A DNA stretch of 35,444 nucleotides from Octopus bimaculoides (Eukaryota), in contig NC_068984.1 of the NCBI RefSeq assembly GCF_001194135.2, positions 59,981,138 to 60,016,581 on the forward strand. The letters are read 5' to 3'. The notes below the pieces were generated by a model. That model worked only from the letters and a program-made list of their open reading frames with translations. It had not been told where the DNA came from and made no database searches. Positions 21,590 to 33,276 of the stretch are shown piece after piece; positions within the stretch are counted from its first letter, which is position 1, and every line of letters begins with the position of its first letter. A program made the position numbers and the translations under genes.

Positions 21590-22130
21590 ATAGTTAATGT
21601 AAATTCATCAGGAAAAGCAAAATCACTGCGGTGTTCATCTGGAGATAATATCTCTTAGGGGTGTGCCTTGTTTAAAACACAATATATATTGGAGGTAGAT
21701 GGAAATTGCCCCAGCAGTAGACGATGAGAATGCTAGATGCACTTCTGCTTCATTGGGCATTGGCAGTAGCATGTACTCACTGCCAACCATATGTCCAAAT
21801 GAAATTTGTTGCCACTGATATAGGAAAACAGTGAATAATAAATGATCACTGGTGCTGTGAATAGTTGCCAATTTGAATAAAAATCTGTTATGTGCAACAG
21901 AAACAATATTAGATTAAAGTAACCCTTTGTATGATAGTTAAAGTAAATACATCATGGAAAGTAAATTCATTGCAGTATTCATCTGGAGATAATAACTCTT
22001 GTGAATATACCATGTTTAAAAAACTCAATATATACTGGAGGCAGACAGAAGTCATCCCAGTGGTGGCCATCAAGAATGCTAGATGCACTTCTGCTTTATT
22101 GGGCATTGACCATGGCATGCACTTACAACC
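21590..22130. repeat. Diverged tandem duplication, about 195-bp units at about 345-bp period
   Basis: 21590-21790 versus 21935-22130; near-identical core aatgctagatgcacttctgctt.attgggcattg. Confidence 0.9.
21781..21814 (-). CDS. Candidate 34-nt exon ATNFIWTYGW(H)
   Basis: tttattattcactgttttcctatatcag|TG...GGCA|GTGAGTA; the phase 1-2 frame joins 20511-20670 in frame. Confidence 0.45.
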
Positions 22131-22442
22131 ATATAATTACAAGTGATACCAAAAGATTCTACACTCATTAAAAGACCATCATGAGTTATAAAACTGTTTG
22201 TTTGGGTGAATTTACATTGTGAAATCGAAATCCAAGTAACGTTGATGAGTAAAATCAATAAAAGGAGTGAATGGGTAAATGGATAATTTGTGTTGTTAAG
22301 AAGTATGGGTTTGTAACCACATTGTTTCAGGTTCAGTCCTACTGTTTGGTACTTTGAGTAAGTATCTTCTATTAGAGACCCTGTGAGTTAATTTAGCTAA
22401 AAAGAAATTGTAGGAAGGCTATTTTTCTTACCAGGATTTTAC

Positions 22443-22654
22443 TCTCATTCAACGCAGCAGCTGTGGGCTGGAAAAGGCCTCGTGGCAGGCCCCACACCAG
22501 ATGGCTGGACATGATGGGGGAAGATCTCCAGAGGTTTGGTGTCACCTTGAAGGATGCCGAAGGTCTGGCATTGGGCCACCAGCGATGGGGAGCACTGGTA
22601 GATCTAGTCAACTCTATGCATGATGATGCATCTGGGATCAGGAACTTGGAATGA
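22443..22654 (+). mobile_element. RTE LINE 3' terminal fragment
   Basis: GWKRPRGRPHTRWLDMMGEDLQRFGVTLKDAEGLALGHQRWGALV matches the RTE C-terminal RPRGRPxxRWxD...DL...W pattern. Confidence 0.8.
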
Positions 22655-22869
22655 CCTCAGTCCCATTAAACAAGAGCCTGAAGCCTGAAGGAAGGCTATT
22701 ATATACATGTGTGTGTGTGTGTAAATGTGCATAAACTTCGACATACTCTGACTTCTTTACATTTCATGTTGACATAAGGATCATTCTCTCTGCTTTGGAA
22801 GATCTGTGAAATAAACAAAAATCCCTTACTTATAAAGCAAATAAGGGTAAGTGACAGGAAAGGTATCAT

Positions 22870-23460
22870 CATTATCATCATCATCATCATCATTTAAGAT
22901 CTGTTGTCCATGCTGGCATGGGTTGGATGGTTTGACCAGGGCTGGTAAGCTGTGGAGCTGTGCCAGACTCCAGTCTGATTTGGTGTGATTTCTATGGCTG
23001 GATGCCCTTCCTAATGCCAACCATTGAGAGTGTAATGGGTGCTTTTGCATGCCACTGGCATGGCAACTTGTTGCATAACACCAGTGTCTGCTATGACTAT
23101 GATTTCACTTGGCTTGATGGGTCTTCTTCTCAAGCATGGCATATTGCCAAAGATCTCAGTCATTTGTCATTATCTCTGTGAGGCCCAACGTGCGAGAGAT
23201 GCTCTTTACATGCCACTGGCATGGGTGCTAGCAATGCGACACCAGCATCAGCCACATTAGCTCTGTGAGGTCCAACACTCAGAAGATGCTTGTGCCACCT
23301 GCATGGGTACCAGTTATGTGACACTGACAATAGCTACAACTATGATTTCACTTGACTTGATGGGTCTTCTCAAGCATGGCATATTACCAAAAGTCATTGC
23401 TTCCATGAGGCTCAACATTTGCCTCAAATATTTCCTTGTCCAATCTCAGCTAGCATGGAA
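22870..23460 (-). mobile_element. Long SINE family B copy with internal sub-repeat array
   Basis: Paralogous to 3603-4110 along its length. Confidence 0.88.
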
Positions 23461-23729
23461 AAACAGATGTTAAATTAATGAACAAAATGAATGATACAGT
23501 ATGGATTTGAGAAAATATTTTCTTTCTTAGCATTTATTTGTGTAGGGTCAGCTTGTTCCTACTGATGCAACCAAGATATTACTTCAGTCGATGTATTGCT
23601 CCACCTGTCATTGGATATCATTATTTACTGTGTCTTGAAGGTCCCATTTCCCAATAAGAGAAGGCAGTGGATGTGGGGAACAGATACTACAATACACTTT
23701 AGCTAGTGCTCTAACAATTCTAGCAAAAC

Positions 23730-23880
23730 ACCATCCTGAACTGGTACTTTATGCATCAACCCTGAAAGAATCAAAGACAAAGTTGATCCCAGTGGGAGTT
23801 GAACTCAGTGTGCAAAGAGCTGCAACAAACACTGTAAGGTATTTGATCCAATACTCTAACAACTTTGCCAGCTTCCTGCT
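23730..23880 (-). mobile_element. SINE family C fragment
   Basis: aactggtacttt...ccctgaaagaatcaaagacaaagttgatcccagtgggagttgaactcag. Confidence 0.65.
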
Positions 23881-25529
23881 TCAGATTTGTAAACGTATAT
23901 AGGAATAATATTATTTGATAATAGTTGTGATTTATATGAAATGTTAGCTGATAGACACATATAAAGCATTACAATTGTAAAGAAAATATCTGATATTGTA
24001 TGATGAGAATCAAAGCTTGCATCTCCTGCTGGCTAAGCAAGGAGATGATGGACATTTTCCAATCAAATTGCTATGTTTACATAGGGGAACCAGAAAACAA
24101 AAACTACCATAAATCAATTTATTAAATTCTTATCATGATAGGTCATAAAACATCCAGGCTTACAAACTGGTAGCTTTGAGCAGGCCAACAAGGGAGTGAG
24201 TCACTATGTGATTGCTTGATTCGCTAGAAATAACTACCAAATTTCCTTAAAATCTTTACTTTAATAATCTTAAAAGCAATATGAACATATTAGATATTGT
24301 GGTCTTACATAATTTTTGCCTGAAAAACACAAGAATGATGGGATTGTTAAAGCTGAAATGTCTGGTTATATGTCAGTTAGATCAGTGGTAGTTATGTAAT
24401 ACACTCCACATGAAAGATGATATGATGGACTCAACCAGGTGGGTGAGTCAAGGGTTGCTTTCTTTTCTTGTAGGTAATATTTCCTACATTGTTTTTCACT
24501 CTCCTTCTGTTTGGAATGGTTTGAAAACTCTGCATCTTTTGTATTTAACTCTGTTCATCTTTATCAAGTTGTCAAACTGGCAATCAGCGATACTAAGTTA
24601 TTGTTAATCCTGATTGAATGGACCCATAATCAAAAGCATTCCATCCCAGTTATGACCATCCCGTCTTATTTTCAATACATCTTGGAGACAACATTGTTGG
24701 CTGCAATATCTAACAATTTGAAAGATTGTAGATCCTTTGTCCTTTGCTTCAGCAACACCAGGCTGAAAACTCTGATAGTGATAATATAATATTATCACTT
24801 TTCTGTTGCCAGAGAAAACTCCAGCTGAATTAACATATGCTGCCACACAGTGTACTTCTGTTGCCATCACTCTCATCACCACAATCATTGCCTCTGTTTT
24901 ATTTCAATTCCACCTACAAGTTAATGATAAATAAATGAGAGAGGTTGATCTTGTTTGTCTACTTCTCCTGTGTATGCTGCACTATAATCATGTTTGCATA
25001 TGGCTTCCTCACTTCTGTCCCCTTCAAGCTGTGTATATTTAAACTAAAATGTTTCACTTCTCTCTGTCTGCATGTCTGTCTGTCTGTTGTTGCTTCTGCT
25101 GCTGTTGTTATTTTCATTGTTGCTTATTCTCAAGACTATAATATTCCATTTGAAGCTGTCCAAGTGACTGTTTAGAGGCTCCCTCTTTGAACCATCTGTT
25201 GCTGTTGAGCACCAAATCAGAAAGAACAGATCAAAGATAGTTCAGCCATGACTTTCTTTCTCATTCTTTCTTCAGAGACAATGTTTCTTAAAACTATCTC
25301 CTTTTCACCTTCTTGTACCTTGAGGATCTACCCTGACACCTCATCACCACAATTTTTATCTCCCTCCAGCTCCACTCCAATTACTTTCACTCACTCTTCT
25401 ATAATCTGAGTAGCTATGTAGTTACCCTACAGCAAGGAACCTGTTATGTTCTTGCACCTCTCATGTCCTAGCACAAAACTACCTCCCTTTCTATTTAGTC
25501 AAAGGGGATCTTAATCTTGTAAGCTGCAT

Positions 25530-25780
25530 GGTGACCTCACTAGTGCTGGTGCCATGAAAAAAGAAAGTATCCAGTACACTTTGTAAAGTGGTTGGTATTA
25601 GGAAGGGTATCCAGCCATAGAAATCATTCAAAAGCAGACATGGGGACATAATGTCGTCTTTGGGCCTGCCAGGTCCCATCCAACCATCTGACCCATGCCA
25701 ACATGGAAGATAGACATAAAATGATGATGATTATGATTATGATGATGATGATGATGATGATGACAATGATGATGATGATG
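25530..25780 (+). mobile_element. SINE family B 3' part with (ATG)n tail
   Basis: gtacactttgtaaagtggttggtattaggaagggtatccagcc...catgccaacatggaagatagacataaaatgatgatg. Confidence 0.8.
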
Positions 25781-25889
25781 ACTTTATTTATTCCCTTTTC
25801 AAGATGAGACTTATGATTTGAAGGAGTCTTGGCTGCTACTTCTAGTAGGTTGAAAGACCATGTAGGGAAAAGTGATTTTACTTTACTGT

Positions 25890-26570
25890 AATTGAATAAT
25901 GTTGCTATATTGCTTTAGTTTGGCATCTCTGATTTCTCGAGAAAGATCTCTTACGTTTGTAATAAATGTACTGCTGATATTAGTATTGATAATTTCTGGG
26001 TGATCAGTTTGTATGACAGAGCTGAAAGTTGAGAAATCTCAATTAATTATGAGTAAGATCATAATCATAAGAGATTCCAAACCACACTGTAATCAAGTAA
26101 TCAAATCCACACATTTTAACACTTCCTCTATGTTTTCTGGTGTTAATATTCAGACCACATTGATATTTAGAGTCTACTTTGCACATACATCAAATTTTTA
26201 TGCCCTGTTTGGCCAGCTTCCCAAGCTTAAATTTACAGAATTTCAGCCTGTCCTTGAAAGAAATTATACCTTCATCAACCAATAACTTTCTTGGTTTGAG
26301 GCAATAATTTATGCAGCAGTTTTTCACTGCTAAAAGCATTCACACTTTATTTAGAGGGTCAGAATTTTGTATTGCCCTCTTTTAGTTAGAAGTAAGTATT
26401 TCTCAGTTGAAAATAGTACATTCAGGATATAAAACAATCTCTATTCATTAAACTTGTTATGAAACTATTTCCAATACAGTGATCTGTGCCCTAGTAATTG
26501 ATTATCGCTATATTCTCACAAAGACATTAATGTCAACATGCATTTGCCGATTTTGAACTAGGTAAAAGCA
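25890..26570 (-). mobile_element. piggyBac transposase relic (pseudogene)
   Basis: Consecutive motifs NY*GTD...LMNRDCF, DPLNKV*ML...YCLKPRKLLVDEGIISFKDRLKFCKFKLGKLAKQGIKFDVCA, and STFITNVRDLSREIRDAKLK. They correspond to piggyBac YWxTD...MSRDRF, DxLxKIRP...LSVDESMxxFKGR...KPxKxGIK (first catalytic Asp at 26274-26276) and GTxRxNRKxLP. Contains stops and frameshifts. Confidence 0.85.
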
Positions 26571-26704
26571 AAGTAAATGGATCATTAACAGTTTCGAAGA
26601 TAAATATTCATTGTGAAAGCATATAGACTAGTGGTTAAGATGTTTGGCTCATGATTATAAAATTGTGGGTTCAATTTCTGGACTAGGCAGTGCATTATAT
26701 CCTT

Positions 26705-27350
26705 GATCAAAGTGCCCAATCATCTGGCATTCCTCTTCCATTCAGCATTCTCTGGCAGAGCTCCATCATCCCAACAATCCCTATCCCTCTACTTGCAGTT
26801 ATCATTTCCACACTTACTTCTGATGGACAAGCTGCCTTTCCTCTTTTCATTTCCTTCATTGCCTCCACTACTTCTTCCTGACTAACCCTCTTTACTGGCC
26901 CCTTCACTATAGCAACTTCCACCCTCTGATCCCATTCATTCTCCTCATTCATAATTCCAAACTCTTCCCTTATCCTTCTCACTAAAATTCAACCTTCCAT
27001 CACTCCCCCTCATGCATCTTCCTCCCTCAATATCTCTTCCATCATTTTTCATTGATTTAGTAAACCTAAACACCCTATCTGGGTTCTCATCTCGCCCACT
27101 CAACCTCTCCTCAACCTCCTTCCTCATAGATCTCACAACCACCCTCTTTGCACGATTCTTCATGTCATTATACCTGGCTTTCATTTGCTCAGTCCTATTA
27201 TTACATAAAGCTTTGTGTGCCTCCTTCTTCCTCGCTATCTCATCCCTCACCTCCTCATTCTACTACCACGTATTTCCTCAATCTCTCCTACCCTTCATCC
27301 TTCCACAGACTTCGTCATATGCCTTTAGTACCCCTTCTTTTAAAGACTTC
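26705..27350 (-). mobile_element. RTE LINE ORF2 fragment (endonuclease-RT linker)
   Basis: TW**NEEVRDEIARKKEAHK...IEGGRCMRGSDGRLNFSEKDKGRVW, then IMNEENEWD...VSQEEVVEAMKEMKRGKAACPSEVSVEMI...MPDDW. A different subfamily from the 1-338 copy. Confidence 0.9.
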
Positions 27351-27404
27351 CACAAATCTGGTGCATCCATGCATAATAACAATAATAATAAGGGTTATAA
27401 GGCT

Positions 27405-27600
27405 TTCAAATTTTGGCTCAAGGTCAGCCATTTCAGGGGAGCGGTTAAGTTAATTACATCAACTCCAGTATGCAACTGGTACTTAATTTATCAACCCTGA
27501 TAGGATGAAAGGCAAAGTTGGTCTCAGTAGAATTTGAACTCAGAATGTAAAGACAAATGAAATACCGCTAAACATTTCGCTCAGTGTGCTAACGTTTGTG
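27405..27600 (-). mobile_element. SINE family C
   Basis: caactggtacttaatttatcaaccctgataggatgaaaggcaaagttggtctcagtagaatttgaactcagaa... Confidence 0.85.
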
Positions 27601-27771
27601 ACCAGCTAGTAATTGTGACCAGCTAACTGGATAAAAACTGAGCAAAAAAAAACAAAAAAAACCCCAGATTTGACTGACAATATTTTCCAGGACCTGTTGA
27701 ATGTCAGTTCCAACTGGTTAGGTAATTATCAGATGTGAATAAATTGTTGTTTTAAATCGATGATGATTATG

Positions 27772-27996
<225 letters not shown>

Positions 27997-28334
27997 CTTC
28001 TCCTATGATGATGATTATGATAAACACTTGCAAAAAGAGATGTTTCCTTTGATTCTCAACATACATTGTCATATATTTTCATTTCTATTGTAATTTTTAT
28101 GTCTGGCCTGTAACATTTTCATAGAAAACATAACTTTTATCATATAAAACAGCTATTATTACAACAAAGAAACACACACACACATACATACTCACACACA
28201 TACAAGGATTATGAAATGAGGTCTGGTAGTTCTGGTTAGGAATAAAAGAATTTAAAGATCTTTACAGTGTGACTTCTAACCATTCTACTTTCTCACCCAC
28301 ACACACGCACACACTAAACCCTTTATGTCCTAAG

Positions 28335-28654
28335 ACATGGCTGTGTGGTAAGAAGTTTGCTTCTCAACCACACGTTTCCAGGTTCTGTCCCACTGTGTGG
28401 TACCTTAGGCAAGTGTTTTCTACTAAAGTCTCGGGTTGGCCAAGGCCTTGTGAATGGATTTTGGTAGATGGAAACTGAAAGAAGCCTGTCATATATATAT
28501 ATATGTAGTCTACTCTGTAAGGTGGTTGGTGTTAGGAAGGGCATCCTTGCCAAAATGGACAGTAAAGCCTGGTGCAGTCCTCTGGCTTGTCAAATCATCC
28601 AACTCATGTCAGCATGGTAAAATAGACGTTAAAGGATAATGATGGTGGTAGTGG

Positions 28655-28735
<81 letters not shown>

Positions 28736-28935
28736 GTCCCCCAACCACAACTTCATAACCAGTGTTGGTGTGTTTACATACCCATAACTTAGTTGTTTGG
28801 CAAAAGAGCCCAATAGCATAAGTACAAGGCTTAAAAAAAAGAGTACAGGGGCTGATTCATTTGACTAAAATTCTTCAATTTGGTACCCCAGCATGGCTGC
28901 AGTGTAATGACTGACACAAGTAAAAATATTAAAAA
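28335..28935 (+). mobile_element. SINE family A split by a family B fragment (28510-28640) plus (GAT)n/(GT)n repeats
   Basis: Family A head 28335-28500, then aaggtggttggtgttaggaagggcatcc...gacgttaaa, then family A tail 28730-28935. Confidence 0.8.
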
Positions 28936-29447
28936 TATTAAAAAAAAAAAAAAAAAAAATTGAGACTTTCTCATTTTTAGTTGTCAAGGTATTTTATAAT
29001 GACTTAAAATGTAGTAAGTGCTGCTATGCTTTAATTTCTGTATAACCTCCTGCAGACTGGTAGCATTCATGTGCAAGCCAGAGACTTTATGGCAAATTTT
29101 CACTGCAACCTTGAATATCCAATTTGTTAACAACCACCACTGAGAATGACAGCTTCATCTCTGTCAGCAGCACAAAGACTCAGTCAATGTGTAATGTGCA
29201 TATCAAGAAAACTGTCATGCATCACATCTTATGAGCACCAATCAGCTAAATGTCTCAAAGTTACTATGACTACTGTGACTTACTATCTCTGAAGATCCTT
29301 CATGTTAATCGTCTTAAGATATATAAGTTTATGTTGTACTTGGTGATGGACATATTGCCAGTTTAGCCAATAAAAACACATGCACTGTATATTTGGTGTC
29401 AATTTGCTTCAGCTTTATATTACATTATATTACATTAATCCTATTTC

Positions 29448-29492
29448 GGCCAGAGTTCTTTCGTCACGCTTCTGTGACCTCATCAGTGGTCC
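29448..29492 (-). ncRNA. Minimal type-I hammerhead ribozyme
   Basis: Minus strand GGACCA-CUGAUGA-G-GUCAC(agaagc)GUGAC-GAAAG-aa-CUC-UGGCC: intact core, 5-bp stem II, 2-bp stem III, CUC triplet, stem I with one mismatch. Confidence 0.7.
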
Positions 29493-29881
29493 TTTGCTTT
29501 CTTCTTTCTTATGTGTGTCTCACCTTGCTAACTATCAGCCATTATGACCATCCCCAAGTACAACAACATCTGTTTCAACACACGATTTCACATCAAAAAT
29601 CTTGCAAAACAAATATATAAACGGAATATAAGTTTATGTTTTTTATTTAAGTCGAAAAACTTTTTACAAACAGTTCCTCAGAGTTTCCTGTTCATCAGAC
29701 AGTTGTGATCATTAGTATGATTACAACTGTCTGGACAAATGGTAATGTGAAACTCTGAGTAATAATTTGTGAAGATTTTTTTGGCTTTAATAAAATACCT
29801 ATTACTCTACCTTTGGTATTTGAGTACTATTTTTACCACCTTGTTTGCTTATTTGTGTGGATATGAAAATTTGTGTATGTC

Positions 29882-30153
29882 CTGAGCATTGAGGTGATGG
29901 TGTACATGCACTGTTTAAATTGGGCTGGACATGTCATTTGTATGAATGATTAAATGATCTCTAAGTAGATGTTCTCTAGTGAATTTGTTTGTAGAAAGCA
30001 CACCCAACAGAAACCAAGACTATGATTTAAGCCTTGTGTGAAGTCCTTCTTGAAGGCATGTGAAATATGGGAGATCAACTGGGACAGCAATGCTTGTCAT
30101 TACCACCAATGGAGGAAACAAGGAAAGGAAGAAATGGGTATTTTTGAGAAAAA
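29882..30153 (+). mobile_element. RTE-BovB-like LINE C-terminal fragment
   Basis: One frame with stops: LSIEVMVYMHCLNWAGHVICMND*MISK*MFSSE...KPRL*FK...LKACEI...W...WRK. Matches LRWAGHVxRMxDxRIPKxLLYGEL...RPxLRFKD. Confidence 0.85.
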
Positions 30154-30329
30154 CATGCATTTTTTAATGTAGAATTTAAGTGAGCTGCTCAAAAATGCAC
30201 TGCCAGTATAGTGAATGGAGCAAGCTTGGTATGTAATATCTGTGAACATGTATGTTTAGCAAGACCTGGGCTAATTAATCACCAGCAGAGCCACAAGTGT
30301 AAAGTATAAGTTTGTGTCAATGCACAATG

Positions 30330-30948
30330 GGCAAGACTTCTGCCTGTCCCCACCAAAAAACCACCCTTTTAAAAAATTTTTTTCGCTATGGGGAATACGA
30401 ATCTGCCAAAAAATTTGGCAAAAATCGGCATTTTAAAAATTACCCCACCTCCCATTTCCTTCATCTTTTCCTTTTTCCAGAAATTTTCCTTTTCAAAACA
30501 TGTGGAAAAATATGGAAATTAGGATATTCTGAAAAAAATTTCCAAAAATTTTTGTCAAATATTTTTTTAAGTGTTTTTTTTCTTTCTAAATATGCAGAAA
30601 AATACCGACATGATTCAGACAAAAATTTCAAAACATTTATGTAGTTATGGTTAGGGTTAGGGTTAGGGTTTTAGAGTTAGGGTTTTGGAGTTAGGGTTTT
30701 AAGGTTAGGTTGGGGGTTTTAGGGTTAGGGTTAGTGTTAGGGTTACGGTTTTAGGGTTACAGTTAGGGTTAGGGTTAGTGTTGGGAAAAAAAGTAAAAAT
30801 TGAAGACTTGGTGGGTGGGAAATTTCACAATGCCGATTTTTGGCAATTTTCCGGAACCTCTGTATCCGAAAAACAGGGGTTTGGCAAAAAAAATAAAAAA
30901 ATAAAAAATTTGGGAGAAAATAGTGGGGGGACGGGCGGAAGTTTTTCC
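30330..30948. mobile_element. Non-autonomous TIR DNA transposon with 8-bp TSD carrying a telomere-like array
   Basis: Left end GGCAAGACTTCTGCCTGTCCCC versus reverse-complemented right end GGAAAAACTTCCGCCCGTCCCC (18/22). Flanks gcacaatg (30322-29) and acacaatg (30949-56). A second inverted block, caaaaatcggcatt..aaa.tt.ccc, lies inside both arms. Confidence 0.8.
30645..30785 (+). repeat. Degenerate (TTAGGG)n / (TTTTAGGG)n interstitial telomere-like array
   Basis: Direct reading; about 20 imperfect units. Confidence 0.92.
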
Positions 30949-31613
30949 ACACAATGTTCTCAATGGTTTAGTGGTGGGCAGCCATCATCATGTATGTATG
31001 TAAATATGTTTCCTTTTTTCCTTTCTCTTTCTTTCTTTCTTTCTTTCACTATCTTCTTTTCCCTGATTTAACAGAGATTTAGCTGTTTTAATAGAGATTT
31101 AGTAGGTTAAGTGTCTGTTTATGACAGTAGTTCTCAATATTTTTGACCTACCAGTGCACTCCATATGGAAAATATGAGATAAGCCCATTTGCTTAGTCAA
31201 GGCTGGCCTGGGAATAAAACAATAACCCCTCTCCTCTTAACTGTGTCTTGCTAAAAAAAAAGATAGGGAAAATATCAGCCCTAAAACTTCTGCCTAATCC
31301 TTTATACATATAATTATGTTTGTGTATGTGTTTGTGTTTGTTCCCACCACTGCTTGACATCTATTGTTGGTTTATCTCTGTCCCTATAACTTAGTGGTTC
31401 AGCAAAAAAAACCAAAAAAACTGAGAGAATAAGTTCCAGATTTAAAAAGTAAGTGCTTAGTTAATAATCCATTCTTGCGTCACCGAATAAAATTTTATTG
31501 TGGTATTCATCTTGAGAAAGCATCTGTAGCAGACAGAAGTATCAGTAGAAGTGTCTAGCAGCTGAATACATCTGCAACCGATACTTCTGTGATTCTTAAT
31601 AATATACATCTCT

Positions 31614-31829
31614 GACAGGGTGCTGAAAAGTTTCTGACTTTGGGTAAAAGAAAACACAGAAGGATCAGTTAATTATGATTTTATTCAACCTATTTCCCTC
31701 TCAGATTCACACACTTATAGCAGCAGTCCTTCATTTTTTTCTAAGCCATGTAGAAGAACTCGGAACTTTGGGACTCCAACCAGGCCTTTCATGATACCCT
31801 TAAAGCCAGGAACTTTTCAGCACACTCTC
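31614..31829. mobile_element. mariner-type MITE / deletion derivative
   Basis: TIRs gacagggtgctgaaaagtttctgacttt versus reverse complement gagagtgtgctgaaaagttcctggcttt (24/28); GAGGGxxTGCTGAAAAGT is a mariner-like end. Confidence 0.75.
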
Positions 31830-32189
31830 GCATATGAGATGTTTTCTCCAGAAGAATACCACCGTAGTGTGGCTTTCTTATGGTATATCTATGTTAAGTA
31901 AGATACACAGATTACTATTCAGAACTAATACAGCTTTTGTCACTAATGACAAAATTTTATTTTTATTGTTGTTGTTTAGCCTTATGTCATCCCTCATCAA
32001 AGACTTATGATCAAAAGCATTCTACTTTCGACCATCTTTTTGACCATCATACTTGGCCTGACTGAGCAGACCACATCAATAAGTCATTTTAATTTTGACT
32101 ATTCTGTAGTTTATTTGGGCATAGTGTGTCTAGGATTACATTATCCAATATGGCCTCCATTTTTTAAAGTGGCATGTTGTGATTAACTC

Positions 32190-32350
32190 TTCCAGCACTA
32201 ACCTGCTTGTGTATTCTAAATTAGAAGCATTTCTTGTTAATTTATGTTCCAAACATCAGCTTAATAATGACGAAGTCATTTTACTAAATTCTTCATTAAT
32301 TTCAAAATTAATTGAAAGAAAAGTAGTGTAATTTGGAAGAAATCTTGTAA
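32190..32350 (-). mobile_element. piggyBac-like MITE fragment, inverted
   Basis: Reverse complement ...caattaattttgaaattaatgaagaatttagtaaaatgac...attaagctgatgtttggaacataaattaacaagaaat matches 32660-32760. Confidence 0.75.
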
Positions 32351-32620
32351 GAAAGAGCGAAGGAAAATTTGGCTGTTACTTCTGGGTAGATTTGAATGAC
32401 TCATAGAATATTGTATAATGAAGACAATGGTTTTAATTTCATGGCACACTAACAATTAAATAAAAAATTACCGATACATTTTGTAGGAAAAGTTTAAAAA
32501 CAAGTTCTAAAATTTAAAAAATTTAGAAAAATATATAGAAAACAATTTCTTAACTTCTTTATTAATCATAAATACGATATGTTTTTAAACACTTAAGCAT
32601 TAATATGGATTTTCTAAAGC

Positions 32621-32855
32621 CATCCCTTTTGTTGCTATATTTCTGTTGAAATACTACACTGCCTTTGTTTCAATTAATTTTGAAAATAATGAAGAATTTA
32701 GTAAAATAGCTTTGTCTTTATTAAGCTAGTGTTTGGAATATGAAATTAACATGAAATCTTTGCAGAAGATTTTAATTTAGATTCTTTTTAAAACAGGAAG
32801 TTTATATCATAGAACTAGGGATGGATTTGGATGAGTTATTAATTAAAAGGAGTAT
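32621..32855 (+). mobile_element. piggyBac-like MITE copy
   Basis: cccttttgttgctatatttctgttgaaat...tcatagaactaggg; homologous to 18852-19076, with decayed ends. Confidence 0.75.
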
Positions 32856-33276
32856 CTAGGTGTGTCACAGATTTTTCAAAAATCTGCGACATGCCTAGAT
32901 ACCCTTCGTAGTGCATCAGTGCACCATAACACACTATCTCAGAACCACTGGCATAGAATCTCCAGTATTGTCTGGTTATTTTATGATTTGTTTTTTGCTG
33001 CCGGTTTTGTTGGTGTTCATGAATTTAGCCCATATATATATATACATATATAGGGAGAATTCACAAAAGACGAAGACAGGTGGTGTAGACAACAAACAGA
33101 TGTATTAGTTTAACACTTGGAAAGTGTAAAAGTCTTTAATGTGTGCTTTATGCTAGACTTGGGTGACCTGTGGAATGTGTCACTTGGATTGCATACAGCC
33201 TTTTATGATATTTTCTGGGCATACATATCATTACATAAGCATTTTAACTTTTTACTAAAATGTTGTCATGTTATCA

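Noticed and set aside
27250-27275. TW**NEEV: two TAG codons that A-to-I editing could restore to Trp
   Set aside because: Simple G>A decay in a dead, frameshifted LINE fragment is more parsimonious.
30645-30785. True chromosome end
   Set aside because: Short, degenerate, internal, and enclosed by TIRs and a TSD.
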